From: Cyanobacteria bacterium J06626_4
GTDB taxonomy: Bacteria > Cyanobacteriota > Cyanobacteriia > Phormidesmidales > Phormidesmidaceae
DNA: 51,828 bases
Assembly (NCBI GenBank): GCA_038523235.1
Contig: JBCBJQ010000035.1
Location: forward strand, 1-51,828
Direction of reading: 5' to 3'
Each line of letters opens with the position of its first letter. The stretch's first letter is position 1. Made by a program: the position numbers and the translations under genes. This document shows positions 27,943 to 39,061 of this stretch, piece after piece. The notes beneath the pieces are model-generated. The model saw only the letters and a list, made by a program, of their open reading frames with translations. It made no database searches and was not told the origin of the DNA.

Positions 27943-28730
27943 TGGCTGCTTCCCCTTCTTCCCCGGCCACTGAGACGAGCCCTGCCAGCAGCGCGGCCCC
28001 GGCGGTACAGATTCGTCACCTCAACTACTTTTTCGGCACCGGCGAGCTGCGCAAGCAAGTCTTGTTCGACATCAATCTCGATCTGCCACGCGGTCAGATC
28101 GTGATCATGACGGGGCCATCAGGCTCGGGCAAAACGACCCTGCTAACCCTGATTGGGGCCCTGCGCACGCTCCACGCCGGGAGTTTGCAGGTGTTGGGGC
28201 AAGAGCTGATGGGGCTGAGCAGTCGCAAGCTGGTGGGCGTGCGTCGCAATATTGGCTTTATCTTTCAGGCGCACAATTTGTTTGAGTCGCTGACGGCCAC
28301 TCAAAATGTTGAAATGGCAGTGGAACTGCAGCCCCAGTTTCATGCCAAACGCACCCAAGCGACAGAAATTCTAGGTCAGCTCGGGCTCGATAATCGGGTG
28401 GATTACAAACCGGAATCGCTCTCAGGTGGGCAAAAGCAGCGGGTGGCGATCGCCCGTGCCCTAGTCAATCAGCCGCCGCTAATCTTGGCCGACGAACCCA
28501 CCGCCGCCCTCGATAAAAAGTCGGGCCGCGATGTAGTGACCCTGATGCAAAAGCTGGCGAAAGAAGACAATCGCACGATTTTGATGGTGACCCACGACAA
28601 CCGCATTTTAGATGTCGCCGATCGCATCATTAATTTAGTGGACGGATATCTCGAATCGGACGAAACTCTCGATACCTTCAATACCACCCATGATCCTAAA
28701 AACCTGGATCAAAAGATGTTTATCCTCTAG
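27942..28730 (+). CDS. devA: DevA-family ABC ATPase
   Basis: GPSGSGKT, LSGGQKQR, ILADEPT, VTHD. Confidence 0.92.
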   Translation: MAASPSSPATETSPASSAAPAVQIRHLNYFFGTGELRKQVLFDINLDLPRGQIVIMTGPSGSGKTTLLTLIGALRTLHAGSLQVLGQELMGLSSRKLVGVRRNIGFIFQAHNLFESLTATQNVEMAVELQPQFHAKRTQATEILGQLGLDNRVDYKPESLSGGQKQRVAIARALVNQPPLILADEPTAALDKKSGRDVVTLMQKLAKEDNRTILMVTHDNRILDVADRIINLVDGYLESDETLDTFNTTHDPKNLDQKMFIL

Positions 28731-28804
28731 CGTTGCAAAATTCAAAAGGCGTTATGCCGTTGCCACGCTCATGAGGCGTTGTATCGTAACCGACCAGTAA
28801 CGTA

Positions 28805-29170
28805 TCAGGCATCTACAAACAGGTCTTCGCCGTCTTGTGTAACGGTAAAACTAGCCGCGTCAGTTGGGGCTTTCCCCATCGACATCACTTTCTTCGCGAC
28901 ACCGGGCAGCGGCACACCCACAAAAGATTCCACCCATTCGACATTTTTGCCCGTACACACTTCAAACTTAGAACCGTGGAAAGGGCAGGTAATCACGCCA
29001 TCTTCAAATTTACCTTTAGCCATCGGCAGCCCCAGGTGAGGACACTTGTTCGCGATCGCGCAATACTGATCACCCACTTTGGCCAACAGCATCTTTTGAC
29101 CATTTGCGCTGGTTTTGAGAACCTGATCAGCACTGACATCAGACGCAGCCGCGATTTTGGTTTTAGTCAT
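28805..29170 (-). CDS. Rieske-type 2Fe-2S ferredoxin
   Basis: CPHLG...CPFHGS. Confidence 0.9.
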   Translation of the reverse strand: MTKTKIAAASDVSADQVLKTSANGQKMLLAKVGDQYCAIANKCPHLGLPMAKGKFEDGVITCPFHGSKFEVCTGKNVEWVESFVGVPLPGVAKKVMSMGKAPTDAASFTVTQDGEDLFVDA

Positions 29171-29651
29171 GATAGAAGCCGCCTAAATTCTGTTGAAAGA
29201 CTGGGAAATTTTTAAAAAGCAATTACCAGATAATACAGGATCAAGTAGCAAAGTCAGACAAGGGGCTTGATTCACCACAACATCACTTTCCCAAAAAGCC
29301 TGCTCACTAACATGCATGTAGAAATACACCTTGAAAAATTAACGAAACTAGATTTATTCTCAACGGAGAAAATAATCACTTAAGTACACAGAAAACAACG
29401 CAAAGAAGGGGATTATTCAACGAGAAAACGACTTGGAGCTTTTGATCTAAGATTGGCCTTTTAAGCTGTTAGGCCATGCTGTCATCATTCATGCCCAGTG
29501 CTGGACGTGTCTCGACTCCCATTGCCTTTATTGTCTTGTCGATGGTTTTGTCGATTTTAATCTCTCAGAAGAGCCAAACAGTCAACTGTTTTTTGCCCTT
29601 GATCCGCCGTGCCTCTGCTATCCATTAAGCAAAACAATTTTCTCTGAGTGT

Positions 29652-30392
29652 TTACAGAGAGCGTTCATATGGATCGCTGTAGCGTCGATACCCGACTTTT
29701 TCAAAGGTAGAAATCATCGGCACGTTGTTAACATCCGTGTCACAAAACACGCGCCAAACACCGATCGCTTGCAATGTCTTCGTCCCTGTTAGTAAAAGGT
29801 CGATCGCAAATCCCTGCCGGCGGTACTGGGGCAAAACGCCCATGTAGTAGATGGTGGCTTCTTCCAGTCCATCCTTACCGTAGCCCTCGTAAATGACGGG
29901 CAGGACGAAGCCCACGATCGCACCGGCACGATTGATGCCAACTTTCCACCAGTCGTCTTGATAGGCAAATCCGTCCTTCGCCTCGGCGATAAACTTTTGG
30001 GCGGCTTGGGCAGCACCGTACTCTGAGACCTTCTTTTGGTCACTGGCATCCAGCGATTGTTCTATCACCTGAGTCACCAGCGAGATCAAAATACCGTCAG
30101 CCAATGTTGGAACAGCTTTATAGTTTAGCCGCTCAGGAACCTGGATCGGTGGTCTCGGTTCTTCCCAGGCAAAGGGTTGTTTCCAGTAGGATGCCTTGCT
30201 CATGTGCTCATCCTGTAGGGGTTTCCTCAAAAACGATATGCTCACCCTTTCAGTTTCCGCAAGGGTGCTCGCGATCGCCGCTTCCCATTTGCTCAAGTAC
30301 CTCAGAAAACCAGTCGGGTAGGCTTCCTGGCCTGCCACCACCACCCGTGTGCTCAAAAGTGCTGAACGACTCAGGACGGCCAAGATGGCCAT
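29652..30392 (-). CDS. GNAT acetyltransferase (start uncertain)
   Basis: 'YYMGVLPQYRRQGFAIDLL...NVPMISTFEKVGY'. Confidence 0.85.
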   Translation of the reverse strand: MAILAVLSRSALLSTRVVVAGQEAYPTGFLRYLSKWEAAIASTLAETERVSISFLRKPLQDEHMSKASYWKQPFAWEEPRPPIQVPERLNYKAVPTLADGILISLVTQVIEQSLDASDQKKVSEYGAAQAAQKFIAEAKDGFAYQDDWWKVGINRAGAIVGFVLPVIYEGYGKDGLEEATIYYMGVLPQYRRQGFAIDLLLTGTKTLQAIGVWRVFCDTDVNNVPMISTFEKVGYRRYSDPYERSL

Positions 30393-30455
30393 CGAACAAG
30401 AGCAGACTTAACCCCATCGATGCCAGGGCAGAATTCAAAACCCTACAAAGGTAGC

Positions 30456-31805
30456 TCAGGTGACGGGCTGGGAACCTGATCGCTGCTGACACAGCCGCCG
30501 CATCCAGACAAAAGCGCCGATGCCCACGAGCAGATTCGAGACCATAGCGGCGGTGAAAATTCCCGTGGGGCCAGCCACTTGACTGCCCAGGTACGCTAGC
30601 GGAATGTAGAGCCCACACATGTGAATGCCGGTCATGACGATGGAAGGCAAGGGTTTGCCCATCGCATTCAGCGCGGCACTCGAGACTTGAATGATGCCGA
30701 TCGCGCCATAGCTAAACGGCACCAGCCACAGATACCGGGTTGCCACTGCCACCACCGCCGGATCGGGGTTAAAGAGACTGGTGAGAAAGGGGCTACTAAA
30801 GGCCAGGGTAATCAGCATCAACAGTCCCCAACCGACACAAAAGAGATAGCTCTTACGGAGGGCAAGCTGCACGCGATCGAGCCGTTGAGCGCCCCAGTTT
30901 TGGCCGACAAACGGGCCGATGCTCGACGAGGTGGCGATGATGGCAATCAACGCCAGGGATTCTAGCCGCGACGCAATACCAAACCCCGCCACGGTCGAAG
31001 CGCCATACACCGCTAAAAAGCTGGTGATGACGCCGACTGAGATGGGGCTGATCATACTGGCGGCAGCGGCGGGCAGCCCCACGGTTAAAATGTCGCGCCA
31101 GCACCACAGGGTTTCCTTGAGATCAGGGATCTGACTGGAGAGCAGCTTTTCTTGAAAGCGGAGTATCAGCAAGGAGGCCACCAGAGCGATCGCCCGCGCA
31201 ATCACCGTGGCCAGTGCCGCTCCCTGCAGTTCTAATCGCGGAAAGCCGAAGGCACCCGTAATCAGCAGCGGATCGAGCAGGATGTTCGTCCCCGCTGAGA
31301 GGGTCATGATAATGCTGGGCGTCAACGTGTTACCCGCCGCCCGAATGGCACTGTTGCCCACCATCGGCACCACCAAAAACACCATGCCGAAATACCAAAT
31401 CCGCATGTATTGCTGGATATAGGGCATCACCTCTGGCCCTGCCCCCAAGGCCCGAAATAGCGGATCGATGGTGAACAAACCCACGGCCACAAAGAGGACG
31501 ACTGCCGTGAGAGCCAGGGTCAGACTATTAGTCGTAAAGCGCTGCACCCGGCGCATGTCGCCTTCACCAATCGCCCGCGCAATCACCGATGACGTGCCGA
31601 TGCCCAGACCAAAGGCCAAATTACCCAAGGTCATCACGACGGGAAAGGTAAAGCTCATGGCGGCGAGTTGGGCCGTCCCAAGCTGGCCGACAAAATACGT
31701 ATCCACCAGGTTGAAGGTAATCAGGGCAAAGATGCCCCACACCATCGGCAGGGTAAGCTTTACGAGCTGCTGGCCCACCGGCCCTTCGGTTAATCGCTGC
31801 GCCAT
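30456..31805 (-). CDS. MATE efflux transporter
   Basis: 'LTEGPVGQQL...VDTYFVGQLG', about 12 TM helices, 'GQNWGA'. Confidence 0.92.
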   Translation of the reverse strand: MAQRLTEGPVGQQLVKLTLPMVWGIFALITFNLVDTYFVGQLGTAQLAAMSFTFPVVMTLGNLAFGLGIGTSSVIARAIGEGDMRRVQRFTTNSLTLALTAVVLFVAVGLFTIDPLFRALGAGPEVMPYIQQYMRIWYFGMVFLVVPMVGNSAIRAAGNTLTPSIIMTLSAGTNILLDPLLITGAFGFPRLELQGAALATVIARAIALVASLLILRFQEKLLSSQIPDLKETLWCWRDILTVGLPAAAASMISPISVGVITSFLAVYGASTVAGFGIASRLESLALIAIIATSSSIGPFVGQNWGAQRLDRVQLALRKSYLFCVGWGLLMLITLAFSSPFLTSLFNPDPAVVAVATRYLWLVPFSYGAIGIIQVSSAALNAMGKPLPSIVMTGIHMCGLYIPLAYLGSQVAGPTGIFTAAMVSNLLVGIGAFVWMRRLCQQRSGSQPVT

Positions 31806-32146
31806 AGATTGAGTCCTGATGGGGATGGTTCTCAGCGGACGTCGGGGTTAATTCCGGTGCGCTATTGCTGAGCATAGCCCACTCAAGCAAGGCCAAAAAT
31901 GCCTCAGCGAACTAAACCACCCCCAGCGATACGGACAAGCATGACGGTCTGTGAACGGCGTCCTCCACCCCAGAAGTGACGCTACCCTGTCAGATGACCG
32001 TTCCTTTGCTCCTCCATAACCGCAAGATCCTGCTGGGAAAATTCGCGATCGCCCACTCTGGGCTCTGTCTGATAACGGTTGCGCAACTTCTCCAACCTGG
32101 TATAAGTCCTACAGGACAGGAATTAACTTGTGAATGGCCAGCCCCT

Positions 32147-32656
32147 ATGAAAAATATGAAACAACTCAGACGTCTCTTGATCGCTGTGGCGTGCATAGCC
32201 ATGCTGTGCCTCGCCGCCGCTGAACTGTATGCTCCCGCGCCAGCGGCAGCCACCGCCCCGGTTCCAGGCTTGGTGCCGTTTCAGAGCGATTTTTCAGTTG
32301 CTGAAACCGGCGATCGCCTCGAAGCTGCCCTCGCTGAGCGCGATCTCAACGTCTTTGCCCGCATCGATCACGCCGCCAATGCGGCCTCAGTCGATCTAGA
32401 GTTGCGCGATACCGAGCTGGTGATCTTTGGCAATCCGAATGTGGGCACCCAGCTAATGCAGTGCAACCAATCGGCAGCGATCGATTTGCCGCAAAAAATG
32501 CTGATCTGGGAGGATGAAACGGGTCAAACCTGGTTGGCGTATAACAGTCCCGTTTATCTGATGGAACGCCATGCTTTGAGCGCCTGTGAGCCCGTCATCA
32601 ATCGCATCGGCGAAGTGTTAGAAGGTATCGCCCAGCAGACCATTCAGGCATCGTAA
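32147..32656 (+). CDS. DUF302 protein with signal peptide
   Basis: 'FARIDHAANA...IFGNPNVGT...DLPQKMLIWED'. Confidence 0.88.
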   Translation: MKNMKQLRRLLIAVACIAMLCLAAAELYAPAPAAATAPVPGLVPFQSDFSVAETGDRLEAALAERDLNVFARIDHAANAASVDLELRDTELVIFGNPNVGTQLMQCNQSAAIDLPQKMLIWEDETGQTWLAYNSPVYLMERHALSACEPVINRIGEVLEGIAQQTIQAS

Positions 32657-33047
32657 TCACGATAGGGGCATCGTTCAGTGAGGACGGCACGAGCAGTCCT
32701 CAAGGTATATGGAGCGGCCTAAAATCCCTCACGGGAGGGGTGTCCAAGGCAGGGTGGGTATGGGTTATCTATACTCAGTGTTGATCAACCCACCCTTCAG
32801 CCCTTCCCAGGCAAGGAAATATCGGGCTTCGGCTTTAACTCGAACTGACCCATCACGGCGATCGCAAAAGCCGACAGATTTTCCATCACGATAGTTGTTG
32901 CCTCGAGCGATGTTGTCTGCAGCATTGGCATTGGCAACCACAACAGCAGATACCAAAATCCCCCACGATGCGGCTCAGCAGATGCAGGCTACCGGTCACA
33001 TCATGAGGGATTGGTGGGTGGGTTATCGAGAGCACGCTTGCCCTGCT

Positions 33048-35000
33048 TTACCCATCACTGTTATCAGCCTGGTACTGGGCGACATAGGCCGCGATCGCAT
33101 CGGCTGTGATTTGTGACATCGGTCGGCCTTCTTTGGCGACCGCAACTTTTAAGAGGTCATAGGTATCGGCATAGACCCCAATGCGATGGCGCTGGTCTTT
33201 TTTGCGCGGCTGGTAGGTGGCCGGGTCGTAGTCGGCGGTGAATTTGCGCAGGGCATCAAAGCCAACGCGATCGCAAAAATCACCAAAGCTTTCACCCGTT
33301 CGCCGCTGATCGCGGAAAAAGACAAACAACGGTTCTAAGAAGGTTTCCAGCTCATCAACATGCAGCCGTTCCGTAAACGTGCGCGCCAACCGCGTTTGAT
33401 TGGGGCAGCCCGCGAGCCAAATCTGGTAACTTTCGGGGGCGCTACCTACAAAGCCGAGTTCGGCCATGTAGGGGCGAGCACACCCATTGGGACAGCCCGT
33501 CATGCGAATAACAAAGTGCTCATCGGGCAGGCCCACTTTTGTCAAGAGCGATCGCACTCGACCCAGAATGTCGGGAATTACCCGCTCTGACTCGGTCACG
33601 GCGAGACCGCACATCGGCAGGGCTGGGCAGGCCATGGCATGGCGCACCAGCGGATCGATGTCTTGCGGCTGCGTGACGCCGTGGCTATCGAGAATTGCTT
33701 GAATGGCGTCTTTGTCTTGGGGCTCAATCTCGTAGAGCACCACACTTTGATTGGCCGTAATCCGCATCGGCACGGCAAAGCGTTCCACAATGGCGCGCAG
33801 CGCACTTCTCAACTTGAGGGTGCCATTGTCATAAATGCGGCCGTTATCCACATTGACGCCGACAAACCAATTGCCATCGCCCTGTTCATGCCAGCCCAGG
33901 TAATCTTCAAACTTCCAGGCGGGCAGCACTTTAAATGGTTTCAGGGGCTTGCCGAAATACTGCTCAAGCTGCTGCCGAAACTTCTCAACACCCCAGTCAT
34001 GCAGCAGATATTTCATGCGGGCATGGCGCCGATTGTAGCGATCGCCATAATCGCGCTGGGTAGCCACAATCGCCTTCACGGCATCGAACACATCGGCTTT
34101 ATCCACATAGCCGATTTCATCCGCCACGCGGGCAAAGGTCTCTTCCTTATTGTGGGTGCGGCCCATGCCTCCCCCTGCCAAAATGTTGAACCCCTCCAGT
34201 TCGCCTGCTTTATTCGTCATCACCACCAGGGTGATGTCCTGGGTGTAGGCATCTACGGAGTTATCGCCGGGCACGGTCACCGCGATCTTAAATTTGCGCG
34301 GCATGTAGTGGGTACCGTAAATCGGCTCCTCACTGTCATGCATGAGGGTCCCGTTGCCGTTGCGTTGGCGGGCCGCCACCACATCGGGGTGCTCTTCGGC
34401 GGTGACGGCCTTTTCGCCATCAAGCCAAATTTCGTAGTAGGCTCCGGTTTGAGGACGCAGCAAATCAGCAATCTGATCGGCGTAGTCCCGCGCCACCAGA
34501 TACTCAGGCTTGTGCTTAAAGGGGGCCGGTGGGGCCATCACATTGCGGTTGAGGTCGCCACAGGCGCCCAGCGTCGAACCGAGATTGCGAATGATCGTGG
34601 CGATCGTCGCCTGCAGATTTTCCTTCAGAATGCCGTGCAGCTGAATGCCCTGTCGGGTCGTCGCCCGCAGGTTGCCATAGCCGTAGCGATCGCTCAGATC
34701 ATCGAGCGCCAAATACAGCTCCGGTGGAATAAAGCCCCCCGGATTCCGCGTCCGCAGCATCATGCGATAGTCCTTTTCCTGACCTTTGACGCGATTATCC
34801 CGGTTGTCTTGCTGATAAGACCCGTGGAACTTGAGGATTTGAATCGCCGGGTCAGTGAAGTGAGTCGTATCTTGATGCAGCTCGGTAACCAGCGGCTCTC
34901 GCAGAAAGTTGCTGCGCTCTTTAATGCCTTCTACTTTTGAGACTTTTTGACCAGCGGCAGCTTGAGAAGACGAGTTGGAACGGATCGGAGTCTGAACCAT
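33048..35000 (-). CDS. sir: Ferredoxin-dependent sulfite reductase
   Basis: '[13 protein letters not shown]', 'GACGDLNRN', '[11 protein letters not shown]', '[10 protein letters not shown]'. Confidence 0.96.
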   Translation of the reverse strand: MVQTPIRSNSSSQAAAGQKVSKVEGIKERSNFLREPLVTELHQDTTHFTDPAIQILKFHGSYQQDNRDNRVKGQEKDYRMMLRTRNPGGFIPPELYLALDDLSDRYGYGNLRATTRQGIQLHGILKENLQATIATIIRNLGSTLGACGDLNRNVMAPPAPFKHKPEYLVARDYADQIADLLRPQTGAYYEIWLDGEKAVTAEEHPDVVAARQRNGNGTLMHDSEEPIYGTHYMPRKFKIAVTVPGDNSVDAYTQDITLVVMTNKAGELEGFNILAGGGMGRTHNKEETFARVADEIGYVDKADVFDAVKAIVATQRDYGDRYNRRHARMKYLLHDWGVEKFRQQLEQYFGKPLKPFKVLPAWKFEDYLGWHEQGDGNWFVGVNVDNGRIYDNGTLKLRSALRAIVERFAVPMRITANQSVVLYEIEPQDKDAIQAILDSHGVTQPQDIDPLVRHAMACPALPMCGLAVTESERVIPDILGRVRSLLTKVGLPDEHFVIRMTGCPNGCARPYMAELGFVGSAPESYQIWLAGCPNQTRLARTFTERLHVDELETFLEPLFVFFRDQRRTGESFGDFCDRVGFDALRKFTADYDPATYQPRKKDQRHRIGVYADTYDLLKVAVAKEGRPMSQITADAIAAYVAQYQADNSDG

Positions 35001-35708
35001 AGGACGCAGGGAAGGGAATGTATGGATAGAGAGGGTCTTAATCACCCTGGCAGCTCGTAAGCAACCCGATAGCCAGCGGCCATTGACGGCATTGTCCGGT
35101 AACCCGGTCGGGATTTGGGTGAATCATGCTGATTTTAACATTGGATCCCCGACAAAATTACCTCACAGCGCCAGATTGTCACGATCGCTCATCTAGTCAG
35201 CGATCGATAGGCTAGTCATGCCCCTCGTCGCCAGAGTGGCAGATTTGAGGGAGGCACCGTGATGCTGGTGAAGGTCAGCGACACCCGACCAACATCACCG
35301 CGTAGCGGAAAGCGCTAATCTAATTTTTTTGCGGCGCGAAAATTTATAAGCGATGGCGGCAATACCATGGCCGACCTGGCACCATGCGATCAGCAAAGCG
35401 GGAGCGGCTAACACCGATTCTCTAAAACAAGGCTCCCCTGCTCCTTGGCTCCCCTGCTTTCCCAAGACTGCATCGGAAGTCCGATCACTGAGAACTGGTA
35501 TAACGTCTCAAATCGATTAACCGTGAACCGGATGGAGCGGGCACAGCCGTCACAAAGTCCTCAGGAGAACGCCGCGATCCGGCAACAGTTTTCAGGCAGT
35601 CGGTTGGGCTGAGGCAATCACGCTAACTCAGCAACGCGCTCTGACCAGGCTCAAGGCCAGAACGCTTTACCGGCCACTGCAGACCTTGGCTTTCAGACAA
35701 CACTCGAC

Positions 35709-36329
35709 TTACTTCAGTAAAAAGTGCGTCATGATGAACGGCTCTTTGGCATCAATCCTCAGAGTGGTGGCATTGCCGGTACGGAGAGTGATGCCTTGAG
35801 TGGGATACTTGGGATCGGGGGCGCTTTGCTCCACCGGTGTCGCGGGTGAAGCGATCGTATTGACCAGGGCTCGGCAATGGCCTTGAGCATCTAATAAAGA
35901 CAGGGCGACAGGCTGACTGCTAATCAATCCAATTTCGATTTCGGCGACGGCCTCACCGACGCTGATCTTTATGCCCTGTTCGCAAGGGGCCGGCATGAGG
36001 ACAATCGAGCGATCATCACCGTGAAACTGCGGATTAGAAGGTCGCACTGCGATCGCCGATTCAAACCACACCTGATAGGCCGCAAACTGGCGATCAACCC
36101 ACTCAAAATTGTTCAAAGCTTTGATCGGCAGGCAGCGCCAATCTCTCGCGGTCGGCTCCGAGGGTGGCTTAGCCGCGGGCAAAACGGGTGACGTTAGAGA
36201 ACCAATTCCTGAAAGGGGCATGGGTTTTAGGGAGGGCAGATAGCCGGTAGAGTCTCCATGATCTACATCCACCACCTGAGCGATCTCGCAGAAAGCACGG
36301 GCATCTTGTGACAGTTGTGAGGCTGGCAT
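35709..36329 (-). CDS. Hypothetical cyanobacterial protein
   Basis: 206-aa ORF, no recognised motif. Confidence 0.55.
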   Translation of the reverse strand: MPASQLSQDARAFCEIAQVVDVDHGDSTGYLPSLKPMPLSGIGSLTSPVLPAAKPPSEPTARDWRCLPIKALNNFEWVDRQFAAYQVWFESAIAVRPSNPQFHGDDRSIVLMPAPCEQGIKISVGEAVAEIEIGLISSQPVALSLLDAQGHCRALVNTIASPATPVEQSAPDPKYPTQGITLRTGNATTLRIDAKEPFIMTHFLLK

Positions 36330-36512
36330 AATGTTTGATCCAATCCTGCAGCAAGAACAGACACGATGCGGCTTCTGGCTTAGCTTAGCTCAACTGGTCT
36401 TTACAGTGAGTTGATGCTATGTGAAGTCGCTTTGTCTTTTCTTTACAAAGCCTGGGCTGAGTCTCCGGAGAATTTCGAGGAAATTTCTACCTATCATCAA
36501 ATCATTTTAGAT

Positions 36513-37370
36513 TTAACTCGCTGTAACACCGGTAGCCACGGCATCGGCAGGAATATTCACGTAGCTGCCAAAAAGTTTCAGGGTTTCCACGCAGTCTTTC
36601 ACCGCTGCCAGGGTTGCTTGAGTGTGTGCTGACGCGAGGCTGGCCTCTAAGTCTAAGAAGAAGAGATATTCCCCTAGGGAGCGCTTAGTCGGTCGCGACT
36701 CGATGCGACTTAAGTTGATATTGGCTTTAGCAAAAATTTCGAGGGGGCGTAGCAGCGCCCCTGGGGCGTTAATGGGCAGGCTAAACGCTAACGAGGTGTA
36801 GTTGCCCTGCGGCGATGCCGACTGACTCAGCACCCAAAATTTAGTGCAATTGTCGGGTCGATCGTTAATGCCCTGAGCGAGTACGGGCACCTGATAAAGA
36901 CTGGCAGCCCAGGCCGAGGCGATCGCCGCTGTCGTCGGCGAGTCTTCGAGATGCTGGAGTGACTCGGTGGTGGAGCGGGTGGGAACGAGCGTGGCCTGAG
37001 GACAGTGGTGGCGAATCCACTGCTGACACTGCCCCAACGCCTGGGGGTGAGAATAAATCGTCTCAATCGTCTCCACCTGCTCAGCATGGCTAATCAGCGT
37101 GTGGCGAATCGGCAAAATCAGGGCCTGTTGAATTTGCAGGGTGTCGAGCTGCCACAGGGTATCGAGCGTGACCGCCACACTGCCTTCGATCGAATTTTCA
37201 ACGGGCACGATGGCCAATGTGGTGTCTTGATCATCAGCGGCTTGAATAGTCTGCAAGATGCTGGGATAAGCTTGCAGCGGATTCTCTTTGCCCAACCACG
37301 CCTGATAGGCTAGAGCGGCCTGTTCTGAATACGTCCCTTGGGGACCAAGATGGGCGATCGCTGCTGGCAT
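36513..37370 (-). CDS. pheA: Prephenate dehydratase
   Basis: 'LGPQGTYSE', 'PVENSIEG', 'SHPQALGQC', ACT domain 'INLSRIESRP'. Confidence 0.95.
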   Translation of the reverse strand: MPAAIAHLGPQGTYSEQAALAYQAWLGKENPLQAYPSILQTIQAADDQDTTLAIVPVENSIEGSVAVTLDTLWQLDTLQIQQALILPIRHTLISHAEQVETIETIYSHPQALGQCQQWIRHHCPQATLVPTRSTTESLQHLEDSPTTAAIASAWAASLYQVPVLAQGINDRPDNCTKFWVLSQSASPQGNYTSLAFSLPINAPGALLRPLEIFAKANINLSRIESRPTKRSLGEYLFFLDLEASLASAHTQATLAAVKDCVETLKLFGSYVNIPADAVATGVTAS

Positions 37371-37465
37371 AGTCTAAAAATCACACTTTCTAATAGCCAC
37401 TAAGGCCATTAGAGTACAGTAATTTTCAGTTGAGAAATTTAACGAGCGTCAAAGATGACCTCGGG

Positions 37466-38023
37466 CTAACGCTCATCTTCAGCTGGGGGCAGCACTTCAA
37501 CCGTCACCTCGACCGCTTCATCGGCGCGATCGCTGCCGGGAGTCACATCCACCGCATTCACCTCAACGGTGCCCTCTGGCGTAAAGCGGGCAAAACCTTC
37601 ACGGCTTACCTGCAACGGCGTTCGGCAGTTGGGGCAAACCATCTGAGCCTGGTTTAACCCGGTCAGCGGCGTATCACACACGGGGCAGGTGCCCTCAATC
37701 AGGTTACGGCTGAGCCACCAGCGAAACCCAATAAACGCTAAAACGGGCGTTACGATGAGCAGCCCCACCAGCACAAAGATCGATTTCACAATCCACCCGA
37801 GGCCCACGGCACCTAGCAGCCAAGCGATCGCAATGACCGTCAGCCAACAGCCCAGCCCCGAAAAATTAATTCTGTAATTATTTGATCCTTGGGGATACAC
37901 GCTCGTGCCCTCATGCCACGTTAGACGTCTGGTGTAGACGCGATTGACCGGCTCGCAATGCTTGCGCCGTACTTGTTCAGCGGACTCACTGCACTCCGTC
38001 GATGACTCTAGCCTAAGCCACAT
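37466..38023 (-). CDS. Membrane protein with CxxC zinc ribbon (true start probably near 37897)
   Basis: Two TM helices, CPVC...CPNC. Confidence 0.7.
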   Translation of the reverse strand: MWLRLESSTECSESAEQVRRKHCEPVNRVYTRRLTWHEGTSVYPQGSNNYRINFSGLGCWLTVIAIAWLLGAVGLGWIVKSIFVLVGLLIVTPVLAFIGFRWWLSRNLIEGTCPVCDTPLTGLNQAQMVCPNCRTPLQVSREGFARFTPEGTVEVNAVDVTPGSDRADEAVEVTVEVLPPAEDER

Positions 38024-38082
38024 GTCTGCTCAATAGGCGGGGTGATGTCCGAACGTAAACTGGGTCTCGATAAGAGTGAGGA

Positions 38083-38130
38083 GAGTTTGGAGTTCGGAAT
38101 TTGGAGTTCGGCATTCGGAGTTCAGAATTT
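38083..38130. repeat. STRR-type heptamer tandem repeat
   Basis: GAGTTTG GAGTTCG GAATTTG GAGTTCG GCATTCG GAGTTCA GAATTT; inverted remnant near 38311-38340. Confidence 0.8.
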
Positions 38131-38467
38131 TGCCTTGCTGTATGCCGCATTCTGCGTCTCCTGCGAGCAGGGCAGAGCCTGAGGGAGTGCGGAATTTTGA
38201 GTCCTCTAGGGCACGGGGAGAGCGCGACAGAGTTTTGCATATCCGCCAGCAACACGCAGCTTTGCGGAATTAGCCCTGAATGAGGTGGAAGATCTCAAGG
38301 CAGCTTCTTGCCGAATTCCGTCTGCTGAGTTCTAAACTCCGCCGGTTGCTGGCGACAGGCCAAAAGTTACACTTCATTACTAAACCTAATGGCTTCTCTG
38401 CGTGCGGCAGCGATCGCTCCCACCGTTGAGTAAATTAGGGAAAACACGCTCCCCAGAGACTTTTTTT

Positions 38468-39061
38468 ATGGCGGCTGACGCATCCATTCAAACCAATAAC
38501 GTGCCCTGGCAAGTGCGACAGGGAGGCAAAAATCTCTCGGAATGGATTCAGCTGCAGCTGTCGCGACGGCAACCGCGCGAGTCCGAGCCGTTCAGCTTTG
38601 ACTGGCCCCCTTGGATTACCGAATTGATATTGTGGCTGGTGATTGCGGTAGTAGTCCTGTGGGTCGCGTGGTTGATCGTGCAGTCGTTAGAACGTTATCT
38701 GGCCTATCGCCAGGGGCAGCAGCCTCAGCCTCAGGCTCAGACCGTGTCTCCGGTGCGCGATCGCAGCGCCGCTGATTGGCTGCGTCAAGCCCAACAATTT
38801 GAACGCGACGGTGATTGGCCAGCAGCCTGTCGTGCCCTCTATATGGCCGCGCTACAGGTATTGGCAGATCGTGACTGGGTATCTCACCTGCCGAGTCGCA
38901 CCGACGGTGAATATTTGCAGGCCGTGCAGCCTTTGTCGCGACCACGACCGCTGCAGCTTTTGATTCGCACCCACGAGCGATCGCTATTTGGCGGCGATCG
39001 CTTAACGGCGGAAAACCTGCAGCGCTGCCGCCGGGCCTACGAGGAACTCGATAAACGATGA
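38468..39061 (+). CDS. DUF4129 protein
   Basis: TM helix, 'ACRALYMAALQ...SRTDGEY'; head of MoxR cluster. Confidence 0.8.
   Translation: MAADASIQTNNVPWQVRQGGKNLSEWIQLQLSRRQPRESEPFSFDWPPWITELILWLVIAVVVLWVAWLIVQSLERYLAYRQGQQPQPQAQTVSPVRDRSAADWLRQAQQFERDGDWPAACRALYMAALQVLADRDWVSHLPSRTDGEYLQAVQPLSRPRPLQLLIRTHERSLFGGDRLTAENLQRCRRAYEELDKR

Noticed and set aside
33639..34940. 433-aa antisense ORF
   Set aside because: Shadow of sir.
35094..35114. Imperfect CCG-N-CGG palindrome upstream of sir as a sulfur-regulon site
   Set aside because: Single weak instance that cannot be supported without comparative data.
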